From assembly GCA_965248055.1 (NCBI GenBank), contig CBDFIJ010000004.1, forward strand, positions 1,056,001 to 1,120,000: DNA of 64,000 nt, in the 5' to 3' direction. The notes beneath the pieces are model-generated. The model was given only the letters and a program-made list of their open reading frames with translations. It did not search any database and had not been told where the DNA came from. This document shows positions 49,000-57,610 of this stretch, piece after piece. A program made the position numbers and the translations under genes. This DNA comes from Candidatus Multivoradales bacterium (GTDB lineage: Bacteria; Acidobacteriota; Thermoanaerobaculia; Multivoradales; JAHEKO01). Every line of letters starts with the position of its first letter. Position 1 is the first letter of the stretch.

Positions 49000-50145
49000 T
49001 CACTCTCCTTCCTGCGATTTGGGCTCCCAAGGTAGAGCGAGCAAATCGCCGTTCTGCATACCGACGAACAACGCTGAACTGGAGCTACCAAGGCCTCGCG
49101 GGAGCCCTCTCATCGGTCGCTCCCAACGAAGGCTGCCATCGCTTAGGGCCACAGCGGCTAACTGATCTCGAACACCAACGATGACTTGGTCACCAACGAC
49201 GAGAGGCTCGAAGGTGCCAAACCCACCGACAATGTTGGTTGTGTGGCGCCACAGCTCATGAGAAAGATCTGGAACAACGCAGCTCAATGCATGGTCGGAC
49301 GCACTCAAGCCTTGAGGTGATGCGACCAGCGCCAGAACACAGTTTTCGGTCGCCACCAATTCCCCATAAATCATCCCACCGATAGAGAGCTCGGACACGA
49401 TCGTGCCGTCGGCGCGATGGACGCGAACCATTCCACCTTCGAGCGTGCCGACCACAAGGTCAACGCCGATCGCTACCGCCGAGCTATTGGGAGGACTGGC
49501 AAGCTCAAGGCGCCATATCAAATCACCTGTTACCACGTCATACGCGTCGAGATGACCCGCATTCCAAGGCACATAGTAGCGGCCATCGGCCAACAGTGGA
49601 TCAAAGGGAAAAGCCCCTGAAGCGAGGGCAAACGCGTTTTCCACCCGCCAGCGCGCATCGCCCGTGTCCAGGTCAAACGCAGCCACCTCGCCATTCATCG
49701 CTGCCACCAAGACTGTATCGCCAAACCGCTTCAGGTCGACGGCAACGCCTAACGGAAAGGTGCGCTTCCATCGAGCGGCGCCATCTTTTCGCTCGAAGGC
49801 ATAGATATGGCCAACAGGACGGGCGTCGGAGCCGACGATAACCAGATCGTCAGTTACTAGAACATCGCCGTGGAACTGGGCTGCGGTTCCGTTGGTCGCA
49901 GTGTCGTACTGCCACAATACTGTGCCCGTTTCCGCTTCAAAGGCATAGAAGACGCCTGAGCACGATCCAACATAGACAGCTTCATCCGCGACCGCGGGTG
50001 CGATGAACACTCACCCCTTGGTGTTGAAAGTCCAAGTCGCTTCGGCAGCCAAGCGATCGGCTCGGGCATCCTCCGCACCCAACTGAGCAACGCCCAAGAG
50101 AAAAACGGCACAGGTAAATCGGAACACTGAGGTTAACTCAGTCAT
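49000..50145 (-). CDS. Secreted PQQ-like/BamB-like beta-propeller with in-frame TGA at codon 45 (candidate selenoprotein or nonsense pseudogene)
   Basis: ORFs 50011-50208 and 49000-50010 are in the same frame; signal peptide then repeats such as YAFEAETGTVLW and AFDLDTGDARW. Confidence 0.8.
49981..50007 (-). promoter_or_regulatory. Putative bacterial SECIS hairpin
   Basis: UGA GUG UUCAU-CGCAC-CCGC-GGUC-GCGG-AUGAA; GGUC loop 17 nt after UGA. Confidence 0.6.
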
Positions 50146-50189
50146 GTCGAGAAGATTATCACCATTGCCCATCCTCACGAATGGAAAAT

Positions 50190-50248
50190 ACGGGGACAGG
50201 ATACTCATTTCTCCCTAATTGCTAGTCAGATCACTATCCTGTCCCCGT
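50190..50248. repeat. ACGGGGACAGGATA palindromic element
   Basis: ACGGGGACAGGATA...TATCCTGTCCCCGT perfect 14-bp IR. Confidence 0.85.
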
Positions 50249-50313
50249 GTTTGCAGTCACCTCACGCCCGCGACAAGACCTAACGGGATTGATGTTTGAG
50301 AACGCACGCCTTT

Positions 50314-50730
50314 CTAACTGATCGGGCCGGACTCGTAGTTCCAGAGAATCCATCTTCCTGGAGTCCACAACAAATCCAGATAGTTTTCAGACCCACCAAA
50401 CGTAAACTTGTTGTAGAACAGACTGACACGAGCCGAGACGGGGTTGGATCGCAGGAAAGTAACCTCCAGGCGATCGCAACTCTCCCACCGCAGAGAAGCT
50501 CTCCTTGTTGGTTCGACAAAACCAATCGAGCAGATTCTTGTCGTTGGGTCCAAGATGCCTAGTTCTTCAGCTTCGGTTTGTAACAGTACATCTCCATTGT
50601 TGCTCTCAATCCATTTCTTGTACGCAGTCAAGTTTCCCTTAAATCGACTCCTAGTCGATTCGTCCAGCACAACGACAAACGGTGCCCGAACCACGTTGTC
50701 GTAGCGGTTTCCCTTAGCCATCTCCTGCAC
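50314..50730 (-). CDS. Hypothetical protein
   Basis: Lower-GC ORF, no recognised motif; 5' end uncertain. Confidence 0.5.
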   Translation of the reverse strand: MQEMAKGNRYDNVVRAPFVVVLDESTRSRFKGNLTAYKKWIESNNGDVLLQTEAEELGILDPTTRICSIGFVEPTRRASLRWESCDRLEVTFLRSNPVSARVSLFYNKFTFGGSENYLDLLWTPGRWILWNYESGPIS

Positions 50731-50867
50731 CAGGAACCTTGAGCGGGCCTCTTCCAGAAGGCGAGGCAGATCACGCGCAAGCGCTTTGTCTCTGTCAAGG
50801 CGTAGGAAAGCGGTGCCAGGATACTCCTTCTAGCCGGTACAGCCACCCTCTTTGACCACTCGTTTGG

Positions 50868-52235
50868 GAGATATAACCGAAAGTTGTGTATGAGAGTTTG
50901 AAGGCGGCGTATCCTGAGCCCGGTTTTTGTCTGGGTTCAATCATCCAAAAAAGGAGGATACGCCGTTGAGCAAGAGTAACGTAATTTCAATCGATCAGTC
51001 AGAGCGTCCTGAGGACGCTCTGAGCGAGGTCCTTCGCCTGGGTTCACGGCTGCTTCTTTGCGAAGCAATCGAGGCCGAGGTGGCGAGTTTTTTGGCCGAG
51101 TACCAAGATCAACGTACAGCGGCGGGTCACCGCCGTTTGGTGAGAAACGGCTACATGCCGGAGCGGGAGATCCAGACCGGTATAGGTGGAGTTTCAGTCA
51201 AGGTGCCACGGGTGCGGGATCGCCAGGGTGAGCTTCAGTTTCGCTCCAATCTAGTGCCACCGTACCTGCGCCGGTCCAAGAGCGTCGAGGATCTCTTGCC
51301 CTGGCTGTACTTGCGGGGGATATCGACCGGAGACTTCAGCGATGCTCTCGAGGCCCTGGTGGGTCCTGATGCACCTGGGCTTTCAGCTTCGACGGTGAGC
51401 CGGCTCAAACGCGTCTGGGGCCAGGAGTACAGCGAATGGCGGCAGCGCGATCTTTCTTCCAAGCGCTACGTCTACGTATGGGCTGACGGCATCTACTGCA
51501 AGGCTCGTCTGGATAACGCCAAGCTCTGCTTGCTGGTGTTAATTGGGGCCACAGCGGATGGCAACAAGGAGCTGATCGCTGTTGAAGACGGTTACCGGGA
51601 GAGTGAGGCGTCATGGCTGGAGCTGCTGCGAGGCTTGGAGAGAAGAGGCCTTACATTCGAGCCTAAGATCGCAATCGGTGATGGCAACCTGGGTTTCTGG
51701 AAGGCTCTGGCTCAGGTGTGGGGCAATACCAAGACCCAGCGCTGCTGGGTCCACAAGACGGCCAACATCTTGAATAAGCTCCCCAAGGTGATCCAACCCA
51801 AGGCCAAGCAGGCGATCCATCAGATCTGGATGGCCGAGACCAGGAAAGATGCCGAGAGGGCTTTTGATGCATTCCAGGCAATCTACCAAGCCAAATATCC
51901 GAAAGCGGTCCAGTGCTTGGTCAAAGATCGCGACCAGCTACTCGCTTTCTACGATTTCCCGGCTGAGCACTGGCTGCACTTGAGGACCACTAACCCAATC
52001 GAATCAACCTTTGCCACCGTGCGCTTGAGAACCGCCAAGACCCGGGGCTGTCTGTCGAGAGAAACCATGCTCTCGATGGTCTTCAAGCTCTGTCAGAGTG
52101 CTGAGAAACGATGGCGAAGGCTACAGGGCTACAAGCGCATTGCCCAAGTCGTTGAAGGGGTCCATTTCGTCGACGGAGAAAAACAAAATCGGATCGCCGC
52201 CTGATGACCCGATACACAACTTTTGACAATAACTC
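50868..52235 (+). mobile_element. IS256 family insertion sequence
   Basis: Imperfect IRs GAGATATAACCGAAAGTTGTGTAT / ATACACAACTTTTGACAATAACTC; 9-bp target duplication CTCGTTTGG at 50859-50867 and 52236-52244. Confidence 0.95.
50966..52204 (+). CDS. IS256 transposase
   Basis: RBS AAGGAGG and TTG start; RNGY, VPRVRDR, WADGIY, GDG.LGFW, QRCWVH, RTTNPIES. Confidence 0.96.
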   Translation: MSKSNVISIDQSERPEDALSEVLRLGSRLLLCEAIEAEVASFLAEYQDQRTAAGHRRLVRNGYMPEREIQTGIGGVSVKVPRVRDRQGELQFRSNLVPPYLRRSKSVEDLLPWLYLRGISTGDFSDALEALVGPDAPGLSASTVSRLKRVWGQEYSEWRQRDLSSKRYVYVWADGIYCKARLDNAKLCLLVLIGATADGNKELIAVEDGYRESEASWLELLRGLERRGLTFEPKIAIGDGNLGFWKALAQVWGNTKTQRCWVHKTANILNKLPKVIQPKAKQAIHQIWMAETRKDAERAFDAFQAIYQAKYPKAVQCLVKDRDQLLAFYDFPAEHWLHLRTTNPIESTFATVRLRTAKTRGCLSRETMLSMVFKLCQSAEKRWRRLQGYKRIAQVVEGVHFVDGEKQNRIAA

Positions 52236-52449
52236 CTCGTTTGGTCGATGCAGGGTATTTTTCAAGAAGCTCAACCGGTCGCGTCGGACGCGCTACGAAG
52301 CTGCCACCGCAATTGGGGCAAACACCCTTCAGTACGTTGTCAACACAATCGCGGCAGAAGGTGCACTCGAAAGAACAGATCATCGCCTGCTCAGAGTCCG
52401 GCAGCAGATCCTTGCCACAGCATTCACAACTGGGTCTGAGTTCTAGCAC
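52236..52449 (-). CDS. DUF1272 family Cys-rich protein, 3' end interrupted by IS256
   Basis: MLELRPSCECC, ICSFECTFC..C, CPNCGG; native tail VVKEGGCTG* continues at about 50830-50859. Confidence 0.88.
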
Positions 52450-52475
52450 TTCGTTCTCCCAATGGTTTAAGAATG

Positions 52476-53165
52476 CTAGCCCCTGCGTCCGGTCAAGCGT
52501 ACGATGTACCAGAACATCATGCCGATCGAGGCAAACAGGCTCAGCGCCGCACCAACGTGGTTGCCATAGTGGCCGCGGTTAAGGATCTTGCCGGTGTCAT
52601 AGAGCACCGAGGCGCCGGCCCAGGCGATCATCGCGACGCTAAACCAAGTACCCAAACGCAAACCAACGAAATATGCGGCAATGATCAGAATGATCGCGAC
52701 GATGCTCCCCCAATAGATGTAAGGGCGCCAAGAGGAGAAATCTTTGCGCGACAGGTAGGCCACCGCGGTTAGGCCGAGGGTGCCGAGGATCGTCACCTGC
52801 GCCGCTTGGCCGATGACGCCGGGTACTTGCGCGTTGGCGTGAAATAGCAGCGGCACAATGATGATCCCTTTGGCAAGGATGTAAAGGCCGAGACCGGCGT
52901 ACTGCAATGCCCGAGTCTTGAGTCGATAAGCCATCCGGGTAGCCAGCCAAGCGACCAACAAAAACGCCCCCAAGATCATCGGCCAGGGCACCGGACGCAT
53001 CAGCGCCGCCAGCCGCTCGGCATTGCCGGTGCGAAACAGCCACACTTCAAAAGCAACAAACACCAAGATCGCCGCCAATACGTGGCTGTAGGTGCGGGTG
53101 ATGAAGCTGGCGCGGGCGCTGATCGCTCCCGGAATGACGGGCCGGGCTGCGGAGTGGCTGGGCAT
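52476..53165 (-). CDS. Bax inhibitor-1/YccA family membrane protein
   Basis: FITRTYSH, SRKDFS, VLYDT, AALSLFAS; about 7 TM segments. Confidence 0.85.
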   Translation of the reverse strand: MPSHSAARPVIPGAISARASFITRTYSHVLAAILVFVAFEVWLFRTGNAERLAALMRPVPWPMILGAFLLVAWLATRMAYRLKTRALQYAGLGLYILAKGIIIVPLLFHANAQVPGVIGQAAQVTILGTLGLTAVAYLSRKDFSSWRPYIYWGSIVAIILIIAAYFVGLRLGTWFSVAMIAWAGASVLYDTGKILNRGHYGNHVGAALSLFASIGMMFWYIVRLTGRRG

Positions 53166-53185
53166 GGGCAAACTATACCGGGCGT

Positions 53186-53926
53186 CTACTCGACGCGACC
53201 CACCAACATCGGTAGGTCCCAGGTCACCCGTCGCCGTTCGCCCCAGCGTGATTGCAACAATTCTGCAAACGGAGCCACTGGATCTTCGGCATTTTCTTGA
53301 CGATAGCGGTTGACCGCCGACCAAGTACCAAAATAACCAACGACGTCTTCCAGGGTCCAATCTACCGACATAGAAAACTTCGGTGCGTCGAACCGGGGGA
53401 AGGGAAACGGCAAGTCACGGTAGCGAGAATCGACGTATCGACGTTCAGCAGGCCAGTAAGGCCCAACGGTTTGATCGGCGAAGTGAGTGATTCGCGAATC
53501 AACGTCGGTACCCGCGGAGAAGAACGGGTAGGTCCACGCGGCGAGAATGCCTCCCGGTTTGGCAACCCGGCGCACCTCGGCGTAGAAGCGGTCGAAATCA
53601 AACCAATGCAGAGCTTGACCGACGGTGACTAGGTCGACGCTCGCCGGTTTCAGGGGCGCGCCTTCGGCGCTGGCTGTGAGAGGGTGAAAGTCCACGGGTC
53701 GTTCCGCTCTCGCCATCTGACGCAGGCTGGCATCGGTAGCGACGACTCGCGCGAAGTGCGGCGCGAGGCGCTTAGCCGCTTGCCCGCTGCCGGTAGCGCA
53801 ATCCCAAGCGGTTTCAGTCGCCGGAACTAGGCCGGCCAGAAAGGCAAATAGCTCGGCGGGATAAGAAGGGCGGTGCGCCGCGTACCCGTCAGCGGATGAG
53901 AAGTGGTCTTTGAAGTGCGGTGACAG
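53186..53926 (-). CDS. Class I SAM-dependent methyltransferase; no canonical start codon
   Basis: Frame extends upstream of 53716 through HFKDHFS..GYAAHRPSYP and AWDCATGSGQ; QALHWFD. Confidence 0.85.
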   Translation of the reverse strand: MSPHFKDHFSSADGYAAHRPSYPAELFAFLAGLVPATETAWDCATGSGQAAKRLAPHFARVVATDASLRQMARAERPVDFHPLTASAEGAPLKPASVDLVTVGQALHWFDFDRFYAEVRRVAKPGGILAAWTYPFFSAGTDVDSRITHFADQTVGPYWPAERRYVDSRYRDLPFPFPRFDAPKFSMSVDWTLEDVVGYFGTWSAVNRYRQENAEDPVAPFAELLQSRWGERRRVTWDLPMLVGRVE

Positions 53927-53970
53927 GATATTGATCTCTCAGTTCTTGGTAACTAAGTATCCTGTCACCG
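53918..53970. repeat. CGGTGACAGGATA palindromic element
   Basis: CGGTGACAGGATA...TATCCTGTCACCG perfect 13-bp IR. Confidence 0.85.
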
Positions 53971-53988
53971 TATTCGAGCGATCAAATA

Positions 53989-54473
53989 TCACCGACGTGG
54001 CAGCCAGCGATTCACCAAAGCTTTGTATTCGCGGTAACTGCCGCCGAACCGCCGTTGCAGGTTCGGCTCCTCGTAGAAAATGACAAACAGATGAGTCAGC
54101 AAGAGGAAAAATACCGTGACCAAAAGAGTGGAGATTGAGCTAAGCATCAGGCCAGCGCCAGCAATGACGGTCGCCGCACCCAGGTACATCGGGTTGCGCA
54201 CCCAGCGATACGGTCCAACCGCGACAAAGTTTTTCGGCGGGTCAAACGGAGCTGGTGTTCCCCGTCCTGCGAAGGCAAAAGTAGCGATACAACTCACTGT
54301 GACAACTGCGCCGACAACGGCAACCGCGAGCCCTGGAATCCTGAGCCAAACTGGAAGCGAAACGGCGAGCCGATCATCCAGGGGTCGTACAGTAACCACA
54401 ACCACCACCAAACGGCGACAAATCCAGTGGCGTAGACCAGACTGCGAACGGCGTCAAAGATTCGTTGATACAC
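53989..54473 (-). CDS. Isoprenylcysteine carboxyl methyltransferase/PEMT-family membrane protein, apparent frameshift near 54400
   Basis: GRGTPAPFDPP, GPYRWVRNPMY, EEP.L..RFG..Y..Y...V.RW; N-terminus MYQRIFDAVRSLVYATGF in another frame. Confidence 0.8.
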
Positions 54474-54485
54474 CTGGAGGACAAG

Positions 54486-55232
54486 CTACTCTGCCGCTTC
54501 TTCCTCCATCTCCATCTCCATCTCCATGTCTGAGTCCATTTCCATATCTTCTCCACCACCCATTCCCATATCCATATCGATGTACCAGCGCCCGTCGATA
54601 CGGACAAATTCACCGGGCTCGTCGCCAACCGAAGCCGTCGCACGATCTCCGTCGATCACCAGATCCTCAAGCACCAAACCGCCCTCCGGAATCGAGAACA
54701 TCTCGCCAGGGCCACTGTCGTCGCCATCGCTGGGCAACATCTGCATGAACTGCATCAGGTCGGAGAACAACTCAGGGGAACTGAATGCCTCGGGCATCTC
54801 GGCATCCTCGGCGTCTGGATCACCCATCGACTCTTCATCGATTCCATAGCGCGCCAGCAGGGCTTCGAACTCCGCCATCAAGCCACCCACTTCTTCGGGT
54901 GCCGCCTCTACCTCTGCTTCCTCCGCCTCCCCTTCCTCACCGAAGGCTCCGGCCATTTCCTCCGCCATGCCTTCACCCATCTCGGAAAATGCGACCATCA
55001 TTCCACCCATGGCGACAAACATAGCGTTCATCGTCTGCAGACCTTCGGGCGCCATGCAGGCGGCGAGTTCGTTCCAATCGCTGGCTTCCGCAGCCGCGGA
55101 AAAACGGTCGAAAACTGCTTGCGGGCTATCACCGCCCGGTTTAGGGGCAGCCATGGACGATGGTGCCAGCCACAAAACGGCGAGCGCAACCATGGCTACA
55201 GCCAGTGTGGATCGTGTGATTCGGCGATGCAT
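54486..55232 (-). CDS. Hypothetical secreted acidic, Met-rich protein
   Basis: RBS GGAGG, signal peptide, IDGDRATA..FVRIDGRWYI (NTF2-like end). Confidence 0.7.
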   Translation of the reverse strand: MHRRITRSTLAVAMVALAVLWLAPSSMAAPKPGGDSPQAVFDRFSAAAEASDWNELAACMAPEGLQTMNAMFVAMGGMMVAFSEMGEGMAEEMAGAFGEEGEAEEAEVEAAPEEVGGLMAEFEALLARYGIDEESMGDPDAEDAEMPEAFSSPELFSDLMQFMQMLPSDGDDSGPGEMFSIPEGGLVLEDLVIDGDRATASVGDEPGEFVRIDGRWYIDMDMGMGGGEDMEMDSDMEMEMEMEEEAAE

Positions 55233-55325
55233 TTGAGACCTCCTTGGGGCTGCCCCGATATCGCTGTCGGCCCGTCCGATGCTGGTCGTGCCTGAGTGAT
55301 CACGGCAGCGAAAGATTGCTGGGCA

Positions 55326-56240
55326 TCATACCGCTTTGAGATTCGAGGCTTGGCTGGACAAAAGTGTGCGCCTCACGACCGTGGGGCTCTCTTGGCTAAG
55401 AAACTCAACCGCCTGGGCGACCACTTGTGGCTGGTGCAAGATCCGGTTGTGTCCCAGTCCAGGGTGTACTTTGAGTGCCGCCCCGGGCCATCGGCTGACC
55501 CAAGCCTTCGCTTCCTCAAGCGGCACTTCGCGGTCATTGTCAGCGTGAATTGCCAGCATCTTTTCGCTTCGGGTGGGAGCGTTGAGTGCCAATTGATAAT
55601 CGCTGAAATGGGTCTTGAAGCGAGCCTCGGCAATCCTTTGAAACCGACCGTAGAGCTGGTCGGCAAAGCCAAATTCCTGGATCGCGCGCCGGGTGGAGCG
55701 AATCACGTCATCGCTGACCCCAAGGTAGACCAGACGCTCGACCGGTCCGGCATCAGCCAGCGCAGCAGTCGCCACCGCCCCACCCATCGAGTGCGCCAGG
55801 ATTCCGTGTGCTGGGGTGTTACGACGCAGCAAATCCTCAATCACCCAACGGGACTCCGGCAAGGAAGATCGATTGCCAGAAGATTCACCGTGTCCCGGCA
55901 GGTCGAACCCCACCACCCGAAATCCTCGGTCAACCAGGGGCCCAACGAAGGCGCCGAGTTGCGAGCCGCGTCCTGCCCAACCATGGACCATCAGAATAGT
56001 TGGACCTTGACCCAGAGACCAGCCGACAATCTCGCGACCCTTGACCACCCAACGTTTCGGCACAACCGACTCCATCCAAACGGTTTCCCGTGCTGGGGTC
56101 GGATGCCGCGGAGGCCGCAAAAACATCTCGAAAAATAGCCGGCTGCCAAGTCTCGGCGATAGGCGAAACAGCGCATTGGTGATGCGTGGAATCCATACGG
56201 GAATCATGGGACGAACGTTCGTGCGTTTTTGTGGATCCAT
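55326..56240 (-). CDS. Alpha/beta hydrolase
   Basis: VHGWAG, DLPGHG, AHSMGG, D.EVP, GLGHNRIL; start may be 56207. Confidence 0.9.
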   Translation of the reverse strand: MDPQKRTNVRPMIPVWIPRITNALFRLSPRLGSRLFFEMFLRPPRHPTPARETVWMESVVPKRWVVKGREIVGWSLGQGPTILMVHGWAGRGSQLGAFVGPLVDRGFRVVGFDLPGHGESSGNRSSLPESRWVIEDLLRRNTPAHGILAHSMGGAVATAALADAGPVERLVYLGVSDDVIRSTRRAIQEFGFADQLYGRFQRIAEARFKTHFSDYQLALNAPTRSEKMLAIHADNDREVPLEEAKAWVSRWPGAALKVHPGLGHNRILHQPQVVAQAVEFLSQESPTVVRRTLLSSQASNLKAV

Positions 56241-56284
56241 TGCGTCTTAATCCTTGTCTGGCTAATCGTCTGATTGGGTCGTTG

Positions 56285-56890
56285 TTAGGTGGAGGCTACT
56301 GGGCGAGCGTCTCGCAGTAGGCGCTCGAAAGCCGCCTGAGCTCGATCGCCAGAACGCGGATCGCGCATCAGTCGCCAGGCGTGGTGATAGGCAAGAATGA
56401 TCGAGTAGAACTCGTAGGCGAACTGCTCGGGGTCTAGGTCTGAGCGAAAATGACGCTCCTCCACGGCAATCGATGCCGCACGAGCCAGCCCATCCAACCA
56501 AGTCTGTTGATAGGCCACCAAACGATCGCGCAGCGGACCTTCTCGGTCGTCGAGCTCGTTGGCCGCAGCAATAAATATGCAACCCCCAGCTCCATAGGTA
56601 CCCCCCGCCCAATCTAGCCAATTGTCAAAAAAGGCACGTACCCGCGGTTCGCCGCGAGGTACCTTGAGAGCCACGGCGAGCACCTGATCGGTGTAGCGCA
56701 CCACGGCGGCTTCCAACACCTCTAACTGTAGGTTTTCTTTCGACCGAAAGTGGCCAAACAATCCACTCTTCGACATCCCCAAGTCCACCGCTAAACTGCC
56801 AATGGTGACCCCTTCAAAGCCCAACGCACTCACCAGATCCACCGCTCGGCTAATAATGGCTTCTCGGGTCGCTGCGCCTTTCTCGGACAT
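56285..56890 (-). CDS. TetR/AcrR family regulator
   Basis: GMSKSGLFGHFRSKENLQ HTH, GGCIF. Confidence 0.95.
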   Translation of the reverse strand: MSEKGAATREAIISRAVDLVSALGFEGVTIGSLAVDLGMSKSGLFGHFRSKENLQLEVLEAAVVRYTDQVLAVALKVPRGEPRVRAFFDNWLDWAGGTYGAGGCIFIAAANELDDREGPLRDRLVAYQQTWLDGLARAASIAVEERHFRSDLDPEQFAYEFYSIILAYHHAWRLMRDPRSGDRAQAAFERLLRDARPVAST

Positions 56891-56907
56891 TGGATGCGTA
56901 TCCTATC

Positions 56908-56920
56908 CGAACGTTCGTGC
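56908..56920. promoter_or_regulatory. Putative TetR operator CGAACGTTCG (second copy at 56211-56224)
   Basis: CGAACGTTCGTGC just upstream of tetR and at the 5' end of the hydrolase. Confidence 0.6.
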
Positions 56921-56959
56921 TTTTATAAAAAAAACACCCCGCTGTTCCAATCTCGTGTC

Positions 56960-57426
56960 TCAGCCAGAACGCAAGCTCAAAGTTGCAACCCCCTTCTGGT
57001 AATTCCCACATCCTCCCTTCCAGTAGGTCAACGCCAAGTCAATTGGTATTTTTCCAATTGGATTGATTTCGGATTGCGCCCGACCAGTGGAATTCGAAAC
57101 ATCCGCCTTCAAACTGTCTCCCTCCCAAAAAAGACGACATACCGAGATCCCGTACGCGCGCCAAACGACAGTCTCTTCAACACCCCTCCGAACCACTATT
57201 TCCCAATCATCGTGGTTCATGAAATGGGTGGATGGGTAAATAACGGCAACAGCTTTGACGTCTCCCCCAGGACTGACCACAGAGAAGACGTCATGAGCTC
57301 TCTGGGCCACGGCGGAATATGCGCGCACCGAGAACAGGCCAACCGCCAGAAACCAACCACAAGGTAGAAATAGACCATCGTCGCTGCGATGTACTTGCCA
57401 TATCGATTGACCGTTCTCCAAGACAT
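56960..57426 (-). pseudogene. Possible frameshifted membrane-anchored hypothetical gene
   Basis: MSWRTVNRYGKYIAATMVYFYLVVGF joins LAVGLFSV... in another frame at a T-run. Confidence 0.35.
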
Positions 57427-57610
57427 TCCACAACGCTACGACCTCGTTCCAGAGCCCCAACGTTGGCCCTGAAATAGCAGTGAAAAAACTGACGAAACAA
57501 AATTTGGGCTTGATGTCTGCTGGTAGACGCAACCCCTTGCATAGTTAAAGGGTGGTCCTCTGTAGAAACAATGCAGCCTCATCCAGTGAACCCTTGCTAG
57601 GATCCTGGCC

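Noticed and set aside
46652-53970. Repeats with unique ~30-nt spacers as a CRISPR array
   Set aside because: Arms are inverted, not direct, copies are dispersed, and there are no cas genes.
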